NCBI RefSeq assembly: GCF_009914755.1
Contig: NC_060942.1
From: the human T2T-CHM13v2.0 reference genome, Homo sapiens
Direction: 5' to 3' (one strand)
Length of the DNA: 64,000 nucleotides
A model generated the notes under the pieces. The model saw nothing but the letters and a program-made list of their open reading frames with translations, was not told where the DNA came from and searched no databases. This document shows positions 49,911-61,485 of this stretch, piece by piece (within the stretch, counting starts at the first letter, position 1; each line of letters starts with the position of its first letter). Made by a program: the position numbers and the translations under genes.

Positions 49911-51394
49911 AATGTAGTAAATAATAAAGGCTGAGTGAATAATACCAAATATAGTAAAGTGAGGAAACGGGCCAGTTTGGGAGAAATAGCTCTCCTTTTT
50001 CTAGCCCTTTAAAATTGCCAGCACATCTTGTCCCTTTCCTGCACAGCAGTCAGACAAAGGCCAGCTATAGATAGAAATTCATTTACGGATTATTGCCCAG
50101 GTTTGTTCTCAGATTGCTTGCCTCTTTAGCCTGACAAGCTGCCTATCAATATCTATTTCTACCTCCATAGTTGGGCAACTTGTTCAAATTCTCCTCTCTG
50201 CTTTAGTGAAATTGTTGCCTTCTTGACTTTCTATTCTTCACTCCTCCCTGAGTTCCATATCTTTTATATCTTCAGATAAGATACTATCATTTTCCAGACT
50301 CAGGGAGTCTAAAAGCAAGGTTAGCTCCTGACCACCCCCAGCAAACAAAAGCAGTGAGAGAATAAAAAGAAAAGAACAATTAATATGTGCACCATGTGTC
50401 AAGGCACAGTATGGCCAAATTAAAGTCAATATCAAGTGGTCAAATTTTGGAGTTAGAAATAGAGAGGATGATTTTTCCCCAACTTGATAATTTCCAAAAA
50501 CAGCCAATGAGAAGAAACTCTAAATCACTGTCATGAAATTCCTTTTAAAGTCATTTAATGCTGGTCAATGAGTATTTGTTGAGTTAGTTCTCAGGGCTTT
50601 GTCGCTCATCCACCTACCCCTGCTTCATTTAATCTATGTCTAATTAGCCCATGCCTTAGTTAATGGACACAATGTCTACGGTCTTCAGCTTGTTGCATTC
50701 TCTGCCTTCATGGTTTTAACTCAGATTATTTATTGGTTCCCATTAAAGACAGAATGAAGTGGCTCCTAGAGCACAGCAGAGTTCTCGGGCACTGCAGATA
50801 TTCTTGTCTTCTCAATAAGTTGTAGCTTCTAATGAAAGTAACTGTGCCTTTGGCTCTGAGTCTTGAGAAGAAAAGTGAAATGAGAACATTTATACCTTCA
50901 GTTACCTTTCTTCTATAACCAAATGTTGTTACTCTTAATCCTCAAGGACTTTAGAAAATTGCTATGGGAACGCTCACAAGGAGTAGGAGGGCAAGGAATG
51001 AAAAACCGGTGGGTTCACTGAAGTTGCTTTTAGGAGAATGGAATCAACACTTCCCTAACTGTACCTCTCAAGTAATCAGTTATGGGTGATGACGGAAGGA
51101 CTTGCTCTATGACCACTCAGAATGTAACTCAGGTGCTCAAAGACCAAGAAGACAGATGCTGCAAGATATTCTAATATGTCTGGGAAAATCTCTGGGGCCA
51201 GACTCTCAGCATGGTTGATATGTTGACATAGTGCCTTATAACACCGACAGCTCATGTCTCCTAAAAGCAAAGGCTCTACAACAAATTATTGGGTTATTTT
51301 GCTATAGTAGGTAGAGTCACAAGGAAACATACAATATGTGATCCATTTTTACTTCATATTATTACTATTTTGATGAGTTCTTATATGTCCTCTG

Positions 51395-51622
51395 TACACT
51401 AAAAAGCATATATTTTGGAGCCAGATACCTGCATTTAAATATATGTGTGATAATCTCTTTGCATCTTTATTTCCTCATCTGTAAAATGAGGATAATAACA
51501 ATACCTATTTCACAAGATTGTTTTAAGGATTAAATGAGATAGTATGAGTAAAATGCTCAAAGCAGGGCCTGGAATATGATAACTCTATTAAGTGTTAGCT
51601 ATGAATATTATTGTTATTATTA
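51395..51622 (+). mobile_element. MIR, near full length
   Basis: TTTGGAGCCAGATACCTG...TTTCCTCATCTGTAAAATGAGGATAATAAC...GGATTAAATGAG...TGTTAGCTAT. Confidence 0.92.
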
Positions 51623-52036
51623 CATCCTGCTGGTTGCTTCCAGATAAATCCTCACAAAACACTCTGCTCAGAAACCTTAAACAACCTTTCCATTTTAAAA
51701 AACTCCTAGTCCTTAGACGAAAATTGTATTCAAGTCAACAAACATTACTGAAGATCTCTTTTGTTCAAGAAAGAGGGATTGAAAGAAATGAACACAAATG
51801 ATTCTGAGCTGCTGCAGTCAAGGAAGTTTCTAGTGGAGTTTTTACAGGAGGGAAGATGCTGTCCACACTTGAAATCTTAGCAATGCAAAACTCAATTTTT
51901 GAGTTATTATTTCTATAGGAAGACAAAATATAAGCACCCCTGCCTTTCATTTGCACATATGGACAAAATAGATGGGCATCTGCCTAGAAATGTAGGGTAC
52001 CTGCAACAGAGGGATCAACAGTGAACCACAGCACCT

Positions 52037-52068
52037 ACAAACAAACAAACAAACAAACAAACAAAAAA
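52037..52068. repeat. (CAAA)n repeat
   Basis: Seen directly. Confidence 0.9.
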
Positions 52069-53030
52069 GATGCATTCTCCTGTCAGGCATTTGTATAACA
52101 TGTCACAAAGAAGCCAAACCCCCTGAAGCCTTGCTTTACCTGCAAACAACTTTGGGCATTTTTACTTATGCTGCAATTGATTTTTCCTGCCTATGGGAAA
52201 AGGACCCCAATATCAAGAAATTGTACCCAATATAAAGTGCCATGGGACAAGGGCACAGAAAAGGATTAGCAGAATTTGAACATTGAAAATTTCAGACCGA
52301 ATCTAAACAGAAAAACAAAATGTCTTAATTATAATAGGCTAAAGCCTCTCACAATTTTTTTCTTGGAGAGGAAACCAGAAATTAATATCAGAGCTGTGCT
52401 ATATCCTATGTATAGATTACGGCATTCTCTCTGCTTAACTTAAATGAGTAATAAATTAAGAGAGTTCAAATATTATGTTGTAAATTTTGTTAATCTCAGA
52501 TTAACTTATGTGTGTTCTTAGGAAGCTCCAAGTTTTATAGAACCTTCTCAAGGGGTGTTAAAGGAGCCATCTGAAACAATAGGATGCTTCCTTAAGACAG
52601 GAGCCAAGATCTTGGTATTCAAAATGGATAAAACTATGTAAAAAGCATTGACTACAAAATGTGCCCTTAACACTGTAGGAGCACTAACAAGGGACTTCCA
52701 CAGAGGCCTTCATTTTCTTTCTTCAGTGTTGTCTGCCACTATTCCTCTCTACTTTCCTCATAAGTTGTATAAAAATAAGCTTAGTTCCCCTCTGTGGCTT
52801 AGGTCAAAATTTCTCAGGCCTGGAATATCCTCCTATAGTCTTTATCACTTATTGAAATATTCTCTCTCCATTGGTACCCAACTCCTACCTTTGCATAACA
52901 TCTTTCTTGATCATCCCAGTCTAAAGTTTCTCTCATCCTCTAACAATTGTGAGCCAGTTAAGAGAAGTCACCGTATTGGTTTATCTTTGCCCTTTCCCCA
53001 CCAAACCTTGCATAATGATGTTTGTTAAAT

Positions 53031-53080
53031 AAATTTTATCACTTAAGATAAAATATACTTTATCTTAAGTGATAAAATTT
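53031..53080. repeat. 50-bp AT-rich inverted repeat (22-bp perfect arms, 6-nt spacer)
   Basis: AAATTTTATCACTTAAGATAAA-ATATAC-TTTATCTTAAGTGATAAAATTT. Confidence 0.97.
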
Positions 53081-53095
53081 TAATCTTTAAAATTA

Positions 53096-53175
53096 AAAAC
53101 TGGAAGTTTCCCTAGAGAGAATTTGTAAACTAAAATAGGGCCCTTGTGAAGTTGTGAGCCAGCTGAAGTTATACA
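53096..53175 (+). repeat. Copy 1 of an 80-bp local direct repeat
   Basis: 76/80 identical to 53769-53848. Confidence 0.96.
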
Positions 53176-53768
53176 AATGCTACTACATTGTGATCTTTTT
53201 TTTTTTTTTGCATGTATGTATATCTCATTTTGCCAGAAATATGTAAGATCTTTGAGAACAAGAACCATTACTTAAGATTTTTGCAACAGTTCAGTCTTTG
53301 GTTCAGTTGGGTTTTCATTAGGTTACTTTGTTGATAGTTCTCAGAAATGCTTAGGCCAAAATGGAGCAGTGAAAGACAAGCCATCTCATGACAAAGGTGA
53401 AGTTTAATAAAGCTTACATGTTTATATAAGAAAGATTTCCTGGGGCCAAAATCTTGAAGGGCAAGGTCAAGGATGAGGTGTAAGATGAGCAGGCTGTTAT
53501 ACTTTCTGCACCTATAGCCCTGCCTAAGGAGAAATTCAACCCCAACCCCTTGGAATAAATTGCCTGAAGCTGGCGCATCTCCTGTTAATTCATTACTCTC
53601 TCAACCCCTGAAGTTACAGACAATTGGCTGCCCTGGGGTAGAGACTGGACCACAGAGCAGCCAGTTCATGAACTTACCAGCAACCAGTGGAAAAATTCCT
53701 GAGCTGAGGTTCAGATTCTCTTTCTCAGGAGCCTTTGAGAGAGAATCAGGCAGTTAATAGGAAGAAAT

Positions 53769-53848
53769 AAAACTGAAAGTTTGCCTAGAGAGAATTTGTA
53801 AAGTAAAATAGGGCCCATGTGAAGTTGTGAGCCAGCTGAAGTTATACA
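53769..53848 (+). repeat. Copy 2 of the 80-bp local direct repeat
   Basis: 76/80 identical to 53096-53175. Confidence 0.96.
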
Positions 53849-54355
53849 GAAGCATAAACTGGGAAAGCAAGTGTTATGAAGAAAAGCTCAGTCGATAGCA
53901 GCAGGAGAACAGAGGGATTATACAGTGAGGACCCACATCCCATTAACGGCAGAGTGGTAACTTAGCAATTTGAAAACTCCTGGTACCTAATTCCTATAAC
54001 TATCTGCGAGCTCCAAACTCAGAGAGGTGCTGCCCTGAATGGATCTTCTTGGATGTCTATGAAACAACATATCCCTTGGAACCCCCAAAGACTCTTTAAA
54101 GTGGCAAACTTCCCTGCCCCATTCTTCAAAGAAGGCATCATTTGTTGCCAAAAAGCTTAGCTAAAATTCCTGGAAAAAAACACAAGGCTGTTAGAAATTG
54201 TCTGTGGTGTCCCCGGATGTCTGCTTCTTTGCCTTTGTCCTAATGCAGACGTATTCTCTGTCTTCCATGGCTATTGCTTCCTACTCTTTATAGCCAAGAA
54301 ATTTCCCATAGAAAAAAATCTTAAACTCATTTACACTAAAGTATAAATGGCTTAG

Positions 54356-54659
<304 letters not shown>

Positions 54660-54774
54660 GTATAAATGGCAAAAAAACAGCACCAAGTATTGGCTTAAAA
54701 ATAACACCAAGTATTGGCATTTTAAAACAGAGCAGAGGTCTTGCATGAGAAGAGTGAAGTGTTTATGGTGAAAC

Positions 54775-55185
54775 ACCAGATTTTCCCAAGGGCGCGTGCC
54801 GCATTGACTCTGAGATAGACATTAGTGTGCCTGGGGTTTAGGAGGCAGTGCTCCTGGGAATGGCACATATGAAACAGATGGGAAGGAAGCAGGTTTGGGC
54901 AGAGGGAGAAGTCGAGCCTTGATGAGGTCTCAATACAAACCTCAGACTGTCTATTAGGGAGTTATGAAGATGTGATGTCCTTCCAGAAGTTGCTGTGAGT
55001 TGGTGTGAAAAGACCAGACTTTATATCCCTTATTGATCAGTCATTGACAACCCAGTAAGCAGAGGTTGAGACAATCTCCAGAGGGACTGACAAGTGAATA
55101 TTCCCTTTCAACAGCACTCTTACCAGCTGAAATAAACAATCCTTTATTCTGGAAGGGGCATCTGGACATCATGGCTTCCATCACA
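54775..55185 (-). mobile_element. ERVL LTR (LTR16C-like)
   Basis: GACTCTGAGATAGAC...GGAAGCAGGTTTGGGCAGAGGGAGAAGT matches the reverse LTR16C consensus as I recall it. Confidence 0.75.
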
Positions 55186-57144
55186 TCCAAAAAAAGTTAT
55201 CAAATATCTTGGGGTTGGAAAAAGGAGGCAGGTAGAAGGATCTTTATGCAGTAGCACTATAAGATTGCCCCATTTACACTGCCTGTAAGTATATGTATAA
55301 TAAAACTGTTTCCTGACTATATTAATGGTCCAAATGAGTAAGATATAAAGAGAGGAAATGGAAAGGGCTTTAGGACCATTGTGATACCTAAGGAAGTTCT
55401 CACTTTTGAGTCAGGTGCACTGAAAATTGTGTACCTTTGACTTCATCGACTTTATCAGCAGTGTGTTTTTTCTTTCTCTTTGTTGTTGTTGTTGTTGTTA
55501 ATGGCATCATCTTTAATTAATAAATGAGTCACAAAACTAATATTTTATGAATAAAACCAAAAGAAGAACTTCTTTATGTTAGGTATACAATTTTGTTTCA
55601 TTTCTCCTTTGATGTCTCTATTTAGTTTGCCTTTTCTAAATGTGTTGGGCAAATTCTACCACTGTGAAGTTGAGGTTATGAGACAGAGGGCCTGGCCTTC
55701 TTCAAGTAGCATTTGCTCACCCCAAAAAACTTATCTGGTGGTTCCAAGGAACAAATGGCTTTTGCTGGGCTCTTCAATAATATGATTTGCATGCTTGAAA
55801 TGAGATCGCCAAAGTAATTGTACAATATTGCTTGCCATTACCATCATTAAAAACAGGCAGATGTAGGAGCACTCCCAGGGAAAATCTTCCTGCTGGGTTT
55901 TCATAGAGATAAGTGCACAAAATCCACTTTTGAAAAGATGTTGAATGGAATGAATTTGCCATTCACTGGCTGTCTGATGATGATTTGCTTGTTAATTGGA
56001 AGTTTAGGCTTTAGAGAAGCCTTAACAAATTTGATTGCTAAATTCAGGAGGTTTACTCCCTCCTTGCAAGCCATATTCAGAGGCATAAATCCTACTTTTT
56101 GTGTGTATGTCTATGTACTCATTTAGAATCTCTGTGAAAAGAAACTAATCCCTAACCCTTTTGTCAGCGGCACTTTCCACAGTGACTTTACCAAAAAACA
56201 AGGACAAAGCATTTTGTCCCTTTGTAAGCATCTCTAGAGTCCAAATATTTCCTGGGAGGGGAGAGGACAGACTCATGAGCTAAGCTGAGATAAAGGTTAT
56301 CTGCACACATATGTCTGACAATTGTCCCACACTATAATGCTAACAATGGTTCGGGTGGACCCCACTTGTGGGCACCACTTCATTTTTATTCTAAATCAGC
56401 TCCACTGCAGTTAATAAATTCAAGTAAAACTTTTTATAAAAGCATGTTGGGAAATCCTGCTGTTTTTCTTCTCTGTTCAGACACAATGCTAAGTGTCCTC
56501 TGATCTAAACAATACCTAGTAGCTGGCAAGGTTAACAACCCCCTGAGAAGGGTCTTACTTTATTTTTAATGGCCATCATTGCTCAGCTACAAAGTGACTT
56601 TTTTCATCCCTGTCATCACCTATCCAGATTAGTTTCCTCTATGTAATGATAAGTTTATTGCCAGCCAAGGAGAATGACAACTGCCATGTGGAACTACATA
56701 AGCAGTTATGTAAACAGTATAGATAAGAGTGCCCACATGGTGTCATATAGCATTTCCCAGATCTAACAGTTCAAGAAGAGTAGCTAGACAGCCCTTTCTT
56801 CCTTATCATCCTCAGGAATTTCACAGTGTGTACCCTGACTAATAAACCTGTGCAAAATGTTATTTATATAGCCAATGATATTGGCATGAAATTACACATA
56901 CCATAAATATACATTAGGATCAATTCCAGGCAGAGCCCTACAAATAGTAACAGTGTTTTAAATATTTAGTAAATTAAAAGCCTCTCCATGATTCTTGGTC
57001 CTCTGAATCTCTCTGTCATCTCAAACAGCACAGTTACGCACTCCTAGGCTGTAACAGCCAGGAGGAGGTAAAACCTGCCCCTCTGAGAATTTAAAACTCT
57101 AGTCTCAGACTCTTCTTCAGGGTATGAGACAGAGACCATTGCAG

Positions 57145-57600
57145 TTTCATTCATTTATTTAAAAGTATTTGTTAAGTGTCCTCTATGTACCAGTGTTTTT
57201 GTAAATGCTGGGAATATAATGGTGAGGATGGCCTCTGCTTTCATGGAACCAGCAGGGATGAAACACAACTGAACAGCTGTAGCAGTAAAGCTTTACAAGG
57301 ACTGACTGTAGCAGAAGAAAATCCAATCTATTCAAAGAGGTCTAGGTTAAGCCTTTCTGGAGAAAGTGTCCATTCAGTGGGCACCTAAAGAATGACTACA
57401 TGTGAGTTGAGAGGAGGGGCAAAAGATAATTTTGGCAGAGAAACATCACGTACAGAGGCTCAGATACAAGAAAGCATGTGACCCATTCAAGAAATGGATG
57501 ATGTTGGTAGAGCTGAAACATAGCATGGGCATGGGAAAATGGTGGTGGTGGTGAGGGGGATGAAGATGGGGGTGAGGAGGTAACAGGTTGGTTCATGAGG
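57145..57600 (-). mobile_element. LINE-2 3' portion
   Basis: Begins TTCATTCATTTATTTAAAAGTATTTGTTAAGTGTCCTCTATGTACCAG (reverse L2 tail). Confidence 0.8.
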
Positions 57601-58758
57601 AGTATTGGGTTGCATCACTGGCTCTTCACGGAGTGATTGTTCAATAAATATGCGTCAAATGAATGTGTGCATGGATGAATGAAATATCAGGACATACAGG
57701 AGATCCTAGGAATAATAATGACCAGGAAGAAATGCTTACTTTGCTCAGGGTTTAGGGAGATAACCAGCTCCCCTACACACCATTCCCATAATTCTTAAAA
57801 GGGACCAAAACTAATCCTATGAGGCAAAGCACGCATTTACACCAGAGATCTCAGTGGAGATCAGACATCAAACTGCACTATGAAGCTTTGCTGAGACCAT
57901 GGAGAAAATGCCTTAATGGAAATGGGGCTCAAAGGCTTTGCCTCTGACTTGCCCTTAGCACATCCCAGAGTGCAGCTTCTCCCTGTAAGGATGCAGCTAC
58001 TTACTCACAGAATGTCCAAACGTGTCATTTCTGATTACCACGTGGGAAGTTAAAACAGATAAGATAAACACCATTTCTAATTGTTTCTAATTATACATAG
58101 AAATTAAAGATAATTTTTTAAAACTTTTTAATTTTATAACTTAAAAAAGGGAAGAGTATTTTCCCAGAAGACCTGAGAAAAAGAATAAAAAAAAAAAAAA
58201 ACCCACAAGGGTAGAGAATCACAGAAGAGAAAAAGAAAAAAATTTCTCACTTCTTCAGGCTACCCCTCTATGTATCTCTAATAGACCGTTTCTTACACCA
58301 CAGCTCTCTGAATGATGCTAGTCCTAAAACAAGGAATTTAATCACCTCTGAAGTCTCAGCCACACCCCAGAGGCACAGGAACGCATCCTATCACAGATAC
58401 ACACTACTGCTTGTCTCGGATATGAAACAACTGATCGCTGATGTGGTTTGATATGAAAATAATGCTAACAAGACCCTTGGCTGGCAAAGCAGTGACTCCA
58501 GGGAAGCAGGGTTTGGAGACAGGGTCTCATGCCATTTGAAAGCAAAGCAGCTCTCTGTCCCCTCACAGTAATTGAGTTTAGCTTCTTTTAAATTTCAAAT
58601 TGTAGGAAAGTAGTGCATAAGATTTTTGTATTTATCAAAGAGAGGTGGAGTCTTATAAAGGCTGAGAAACCACACACAAATCGTGCAACAAACCTGATAT
58701 CTTTCTGTGTTTCTTTCCATGGAAGATTTTTAAATAGACATCAATGGCTCCCCAGTAC

Positions 58759-58764
58759 AACACG

Positions 58765-58823
<59 letters not shown>
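58759..58823. repeat. (CA)n microsatellite
   Basis: Seen directly, about 22 perfect units in the core. Confidence 0.97.
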
Positions 58824-58824
<1 letters not shown>

Positions 58825-58899
58825 GTACAATAATGCCATTTTTAAGGCATTGCTTGCTCCATATAATGCTAGAGCAAATTAGTTCATTCCCTTTAATTC

Positions 58900-59115
58900 T
58901 ATAGGAGGTAGCTGCTCTCCTATATTCTATAGATTTAGGATAAAACAGAGAGTTCGTTCACCAGCCTTGAGGGGTTTTAAATAGAGCAAGCAGAGCTAGC
59001 AAAGAGTTACAAAGTTTTGTCCAAGGTCAGCTTCACCTGTTAGTAGTAGAGCTGGAAATAAAAGCCAGGACTCCCCTTCTTTTTCCTGTCCTGTGTCCAT
59101 TGGACCAAACTGCTC
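58900..59115 (-). mobile_element. MIR fragments
   Basis: TTGTCCAAGGTCAG...GTTAGTAGTAGAGCTGG...CCAGG. Confidence 0.6.
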
Positions 59116-60999
59116 TCAATCAATAGGCAGCCAGTTATGACGGATTCACATTCTAGCCGGTGTCAATAAAAACAAAAATCAAGTTTTAATCAAAACACAT
59201 AACCAAGATCTACATTTCTCTTGGCCTCAATAAATCTTCCCCAAAGGAAGCAGCTAAAATTCTTTACATTTAAAAAATGAGCTCCGTTGGGACTCCAAAT
59301 TCCAGTTCGATTTTTGAGCCAAGGCATTTTTTTTCTTTATCATGCACTTGGTGCTGTAGTGTGATAAGAACCCCATGCAGACCATAAAACTAATTTATCA
59401 TCTGTAAGGTGTACAAAGAAAATGGTAGCTGCCTACTTGTCTGCTTGACATATGAGGTCATTTTTGCCGCTAGCTTTCTAATACTGAGCAATTTTATCAG
59501 CTACTTATATACATTAATTGTGGGTACCCATATGCTCAATGTTGTATTTAATAATGCATTGCATTGAATATGCATTCCTTAAGTTTTAGCATGCAGTGAA
59601 CATCTTGCATTTAACTATTTGGTTTGCCTATTAAAGCCCATTATTCAGCTATGCCATGTTGCCTTCTCTCTCAACTGAATTTATGTTTCTTTAAACCTGG
59701 CTCACCCTGCTGAAACCCATTGAAATGGACAAGGCCACCTCACATGTCCCAAGGGCTCCAAGCAAAAACAAGCAGAGGAAGTGCCATGGTCCACTTAATA
59801 ATACTCAAGCAAAAGGATTATTTGATGAATCCCTTTCCCCAAAGGACGGCAGCATATTCACGCTTCACAGTGTAAATATAAATACAGTTCTCAGGCAACA
59901 GAGACACAGAATGCTAGATAAAGTGTGAAAAATACCGCAGCAAACAGCTATGCCAGAGTGATTTCTTAACTAGCAAGGGGGAATCAGTTCAAACATCCAA
60001 AGCAATCCCAACTCCCTCCCCTCCCTTCCCTCCCCAGTTTTGTCCCCCAGGAAAGAAAGCAAAGTCCAGTTCAGCTGGATCCTTGGCCAACTGATTACCC
60101 TAGCCATCCCTTCTTACTGTGAATACTCACTTCCTGATAGGAGAAAAGAAGCCCAAATCATCATCCATCTCAAGAGATATCCCACACACAAGCTCCCCCG
60201 TCACAGGTGTTAGCATTTACATCATAAAATTAACCATTTTAGAACAAGACCTTAAATGGCCCTGATCAAAGCCAATTTTTATGGGTATAATAATCTATAA
60301 AGTAGGGTCCCTTGAATGCTTTGGCTCAGAATAAATTTTCAGAGAGGATTCTGTTACCCAGCAAAACAAAGGAAAAATATAGTTTTTATCCCAAAAGAAA
60401 AAAAAAAATCAAGGAAGCCAGGCTCCAGTAAAATGCAGCACAAGGTCAGGAAAGGGGGTACCAATATAGGCAAAACCAGCTCAAGAGCCCAGATGGTGAG
60501 GTGGGCAGGTGACCAAACAGTAAGGAAGGCCCTGAGCTTGTGGCCTGGGCAGGCAGACAGTCATATTCCTTCTCTTGTATAAGTCTGTGCTCTATATGGT
60601 ATGCATCACATAATCTGACATTCAAGTATGTTTGGAGGTCCTGCTAAAACTGGATAATTTGAAACTACACACAAAATAACACGGCTCCTCCCAAATCCTT
60701 CACTCTAGGTCAGTGTATGTGTCCTGACTCTGTATCTGCTGCTGCTGCCTATATGTATAGAAGACTCCATATATAAATTCTGAAATGTTCTCATTTTGTC
60801 TACACCTATAGCTTTCATGTAGGATAAGTAAGATATAAAGAGCAGACTGTGATGAAAACCCTTATGTATTCTTTTAGTTATGAAGCCACCAAGCAGGGCT
60901 GTCTCAGTTTGCTCAGCCTTACCAGACATTCCAGTGCTAAATCTTTTCATTTGACTGGATAATAAGTTAAATCCCCCTTGGCTAGTTCCTGTGATACTG

Positions 61000-61485
61000 T
61001 TTTTATCAGCAGTATTCACAGTAGCCAAAAAGGGAAAGCAACCCAAGTGTCCATCCACAGATGAATGGATACACAATGGAATATTATTCAGTCTTAAAAA
61101 CGAAGTAAATTCTGACACATGCTACACATGGATGAACCTTGAAGACGTTATGCTAGGCGAAATAAGCCAGACACAAAAGGAGAATTATTGTGTGATTCCA
61201 CTTATATGTGGTACTAGGGTCATCAAATTCATAGAGACAGAAAGTATAATGGTGGTTTCCAGGGGTTGGGGGAAAGAGAAAATGGGGAGGTAGTGTTCAA
61301 GAAAATGGGGAGGTAGCATTCAATGAGAACAGAGTTTCACTTTGTGAAGATGAAAATTTTCTGATATAGATGGTGGTGATGGCTGTACAACAATGCAAAC
61401 GTGCTAAATACTACAGAACCATAAGTTTAAAAATTGTTAAGTGGTAAATATCATATTATGTATATTTTCCCACAATTTTTTAAAA
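61000..61485 (+). mobile_element. L1MB-type 3' end (about L1MB2-4)
   Basis: ORF 60991-61293 (QPKCPSTDEWI...TWMNLEDVMLGEISQTQK) plus an L1MB 3' UTR. Confidence 0.92.
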
